Of a stretch of DNA of 64,000 bases, positions 59,780-64,000 are shown in pieces. The notes below the pieces were generated by a model. The model was not told the origin of the DNA. It saw only the letters and a list, made by a program, of their open reading frames with translations, and made no database searches. The stretch covers positions 620,001-684,000 of the forward strand of contig JABVCE010000015.1 in assembly GCA_014905635.1 (NCBI GenBank), read 5' to 3'. The translations under genes and the position numbers were made by a program. Origin of the DNA: Scenedesmus sp. PABB004. Taxonomy: Eukaryota. Position 1 is the stretch's first letter. The number at the start of each line of letters is the position of its first letter.

Positions 59780-59936
59780 TGCAGCGCAGTGATGTTGCGG
59801 CGCGCGCGCACGGCGGCGCGCGGTGGCTGGGTAACTAAACGATCGGCGCCGGCTCGCTCGCTCGACGGGGGCGTTGCACCACCGCACGCACGCGTGGCCC
59901 GCCCGCCCGGCAGGCAACTCTGCAGACACGGCAACG

Positions 59937-61562
59937 TCAGCCCCGCGCGCGGGCGGACGCCGCCGCGGGCGCGCGGTGGGGCATGAGCGCCTCGCGAGGC
60001 GCCACCGCAGCGCACATGAGCCGCCAGGCCGCGGCGTCCAGGCCAAACACAAACTGACGCGCGGCGCCCCCGCCGGGCTCGTCGGCGCCGCGCCGCGCCG
60101 CGCCGTGCGCCGCGCGGGCGACGCGCACCGCCATCAGCCCCTGCGCGCCGTCCGCCTCCAGCCGCACCCAGCCGTCCCTGCGCGCGCGGCGCCCGGCCGG
60201 CGGCGGCGGCGGCGGCCAGCTCGGTTTGCGATCCTGAACCAGCCGCGGCCGCTCGGCCGGCGCCGCCGGGGCGCGCGCCGCGGTGGCGCTGGGGGAGGCG
60301 CTCACATGCCCCACCCAGCGCAGCGCCGCGCCGCCGGGCGCTCACTCACTTTACCAGGAAGGAGAGTGCAAAGAGGTTTTCGACGCTCTGGCTGAAGCTC
60401 GAGTGGTTGACCACCAGCGCCGCGAGCCGCGCGCGCGGGTGCGCCGCCGTCACCGCGCGCATCGCTGCGGCGCCGCCGGCGGCCGAGGCGCGCGTCGGCG
60501 GCGGCGCAGCGCTCGCGCGCCCCGGCGAGCGCCGCGCCGCGGCGGGGCGCACCCGCCCACCTTCCACCCAGCGGTCGGTCTCCTGCGTCTCCCCCTCCTG
60601 CTCCAGCGGCGCCTCGATCGGCTCGACGCGCGCCGCGACCGCCTGCCGCGCGCGGCGCTGCGCGGGAGGCGGCGGCGGCGGCGGCGGGGCGTGAGCGCCG
60701 TGCGGGCGCCAGCGGCGCGCGCACGGGCTGCGGCGCGGCGCGGCGCCGCGCCGCCGGCGCACCTGCGCCGGCGCCGCGCGCGCGCGCGCCGCCGCCTGCA
60801 GCGGGCCCAGCATGGGGCCCAGCCCCGGCGCGGCGCGCCACAGCCCTGCCGCGCCCGCGGCCGCGGCCAGGGCCGGCCAGTCGAGCGGCGCGCGGGGCGC
60901 GGGCGCGTGCGTCGCCGCCAGCGCGGCCACCAGGTCGGCGGGGCGCCGCCCGCCAGAGTTGTGCTGAAACGCCCGCATCATCACCGCACCGAGCGCGCTC
61001 AGCGTGGCCAGCACGCCTGCGGCCGCGCGTGCGGCCGCGGCGGACGTCGGCGGCGCGGCGCGCGCGCGCGCCCGGCCGCGCGCGCCGCCGCGGTGCGGTG
61101 CGGTGCGGTGCGGTGCGGTGCGGTGCGGTGCGGTGCGGTGCGGTGCGGTGCGGTGCGGTGCGCGGCGCGCGCGGGGCCCCTCCCGCGCCGCGCGCGCACC
61201 GGTCTGCTGCGCCGCCTCGCGCGGCCGCGTCGCGGCGGCGCCGAGCGCGACCACCTTGTCCACGTACCGGGCGAGGCCGTCGCTGCCCGGCCGCAGGAGC
61301 GCCTCCTGCTGCTCCACCAGCTTCCTCTCAACGATGAAAAACCTTTGCCGCAGCTCGCGGCGCAGGCGCTGCTGCGCGGCCACCGCGTCCGGCGGCTCAG
61401 CGGCGTCCCCGTCCGGCTCGCCCGGGCCGCGCTGCCCGGGCGCAGGCGGCGGCGGCGGCGGGGCGGGGGGCTGCCGCTGCTGCTGCCACGGGCGGCGCGC
61501 CCTCGGTGGCGGTGGTGCATGCTCCTGCGTCGCGGGCTGCCGCGGTGGCTGCGTGTGCTGCA

Positions 61563-61597
<35 letters not shown>

Positions 61598-62379
61598 GTC
61601 TGCGTCTGCTGCCGCTGCTGCTGCGTCTGCCGCAGGGGCGACTCCTGTCGCTGCCGCCCCTGCTGCTGCTGGTGGGGCGACTCCCGCTGCTGCGGCAACT
61701 GCTGCTGCTGCTGACGCTGCGTCTGCGGCGGCGGCGCCGGCTCCTGCGCGCTGCGCCCCTCTGGGCGCGGCTGCTCGCCGTCGTCGCTGCCCGCTGCGTC
61801 GCCGCCGCCGTCCGAGCCGTCGGCGGTCGCGTACTCGCTGCTGGACAGCAGCTCGATCTGCTCCGGCGCGTTGCGCGCCGCCGCCGCGTCGCCCTCGAGC
61901 TGGCGCTGCGCCGCGAGTGCGGCGTCGCGGTGCAGCCGGAACGCCGCGAGGCGCGCCGCCTCTCGCGCCGCCGCGCGGGAGCTGCCGGCGCCGCCGCCGC
62001 GCGCGCGCGCCGCGAGCTGCGCGTCGCTGAGCGGCCAGAGGTCAGCAAAGTCAAAGTCGGCCTCCTTCCAGCCCTCCTCCTGCTCGCGCTTCAGCCCCGG
62101 CGGGGCAGCACCCTTGCCCTTGCGGCGCGCGGCGGCGGCGCGGCGCCGCTGCTCCGCCGTCTCCGGCACAATCTCCACGCAGTCGACGGCGTCCCGCGGC
62201 GGCGAGGGCGCGGCGTAGGTGGCGGACAGCCGGTGCTCCAGGCGCGCCCGCTTCGCAGCGCCTGGTGCAGCGCTCCCCTCTGGCACGCGGCGCCGCTTGG
62301 CGGCCCCCGCCGCTGCCGCCGGGCTGGCCTCCCGCGACGACACGATCACAACGTCGCTGTCACTGTCGCTGCGAGCCAT
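59937..62379 (-). CDS. NSE4: NSE4/EID kleisin subunit of the SMC5/6 complex, with a long N-terminal extension
   Basis: RLRRELRQRF...RPREA, LDWPAL...PMLGPL, QETDRWV, VVNHSSFSQSVENLFALSFLVK|DGWV and QFVFGLD...W...LMPHR. Confidence 0.9.
61091..61160. repeat. (CGGTG)n microsatellite, ~14 copies, in an NSE4 intron
   Basis: Directly visible. Confidence 0.95.
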
Positions 62380-64000
62380 CGTGCGAAGCCGTGCGCAGCG
62401 GCGGGGCTAGGCAGCAGCGGCGGCGAGCGGCGGCGCGCGCGGCGGCCCATGCGGGCGCGTTCGAGCCCGCCGCGGGCGCCCGGGAGCGTGCGGATGGGAT
62501 GCAGGAGCGACGGCCGGCGCACGCAGGGGGCGGCGCAGGCTTGTTACAGGCGCAGGGCCTGGCGGCGCGGCGCAGTCGCCGCGGCGCAATCGCCGCGCGT
62601 GAGACATCCATCGCATGCGTTGGGCGCCGCCGCAGGTTTGGGCGCGTTTATTAGGAAAGAGAGGACGCCGCCACGGCGGCGGCGGGCGCCCGCGATCAAA
62701 GGGGCGCCCGCGCGCTGCCCGGGGCAAACCTGCCCCGCTCACCCGCACGCGCACACGTGCGGCCAGCGCGCATCGCCAGCTTCACGGATCGCCAACTCTC
62801 GCAGCACACACACACACAGAATTATCACAGCAGCGGCCCAGCCGCGCGGCGCGCACGCCGCGTGCGTGCCGGGCACGCGCGGGCGCTGCTGTCCCCAGCG
62901 CCAGCAGGCCCAGACTGCACGCGCGCGGCCTCGTGCACGGTAGCTGGCGCGTCACCCCGTTGTCCAGGCTGGCACAGCGCAGCCGCGAGGCAGCGCGGCC
63001 GCGCTTGAGAGCCACGGCCGCGAGTCAACGCTTGCACGCGGCGCCGTCCGATCGGCAGTGAAACTGCGAGGGAAACAAATCGAGAAGCGCCAGCCCCTCA
63101 CGCGCGCCCTTTGGCGCGCGGTCAACGCCGCATCGGCCCTCGGGCGGGGACGCGCTGCCGCCCGGTGGCGGCCGGCGCGCGCTCAAGCAGTCATGCGTGT
63201 GAGCCAAACGGCACGAGCAGCCAGCCTTGCGGCTGCCCGCCCCTCTGAGCACTGGCCATCAGTAAGGCTTGCGTCGCAGGCGCAGGAGCCGAGGGGCCCA
63301 CCGCCGCGGCAGGATTACGGCCGCCTGCGGACGTGGAGGGCGTGGGGTCAGCAGGCGGGAGGGTGCGCCGCGCGGGGCGGCCAGGGCGGCAGCGCTGCCG
63401 GCGGCGGCAGCCTGGCTCTGCTGCTGCCTGGGCTCGCGTCGGCCTGCCCGGCTCAGGCAGGTCGTCGCCAGCGCACCTGTCATTCATTTGCAGCTCTCCA
63501 CCGGGCGGCGTGCAGCTGCGGGGCCGCGAGCGAGGCGTGGTGCTCGTACGAAAGATGCTCTGCTGCCCTGGCGCGCGCGCCAGGGCGGGCAGGCGTCGAC
63601 GCGACGCGCTGACACGCCCAAGCTTCCGGGCGCACACGGCCTGCAGGCGGGCGGCGAGCAGGCAACCGCTGGGGTGTGCCGCTGGGGTGTGGGCCGGCGA
63701 GTCTGCCGGTGACCCGCCCAAACCAGCCCGCGCCGCGCCCCATGACCACGCGCATGGTGCGCGGTCAATCCAGCAAGTTCCTCGGGGCCGGCTGTGCGCG
63801 GCCAGGTCGAGCGGCGGCGGCCGCACACCCCGAGCCGACTAATATGGCGCCCGCGACGCGCCGCATTAGCAAGGACGCCCCAACGGGCGTGAGACGGCCA
63901 CGCAGAGAGAGAATCCACGTCCCTTCGAGACCGTTTTCTTGCCCGCGACGCCGGCGCGGCCTCGCGCTTGCGCGCCTGCACACACAGCATGACGCGCGTC

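Noticed and set aside
1..64000. tRNA, rRNA or autonomous mobile elements
   Set aside because: None recognisable by eye; tRNAscan, Infernal and RepeatModeler would be needed to exclude them.

Overview
Eukaryotic nuclear DNA, extremely GC-rich (roughly 80% by eye) and intron-dense, with short G-rich/C-rich introns and TTTAGGG-type motifs. This points to a chlorophyte green alga, probably Sphaeropleales (inference). Most long ORFs in the supplied track are GC artefacts, so I rebuilt genes by hand from GT/GC-AG splice sites. About 16 genes were found: a RINGv E3-like gene; a tandem cluster of type-II-membrane LRR proteins; a coiled-coil/DOG1-like gene; a large secreted Cys/Ser-Pro mosaic protein with an apparently dead clan-CD protease domain; an OPR/RAP-like repeat protein; a secreted dirigent/allene-oxide-cyclase-like barrel; exocyst SEC8; a multicopper oxidase fused to two hevein-type chitin-binding domains; an algal membrane protein; TauE/SafE; a PAO/Tic55-type Rieske oxygenase; two SBP-domain TFs; a BTB protein; a small TM protein; and NSE4. 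Most interesting are the chitin-binding laccase/ferroxidase fusion (near the secreted dirigent-like gene), the pseudoprotease mosaic, the reversed-topology LRR cluster, and telomere-like motifs polarised at intron ends. Several 1-2 nt frameshifts, including one in SEC8, suggest residual assembly errors. All domain calls come from motif recognition, not database searches.
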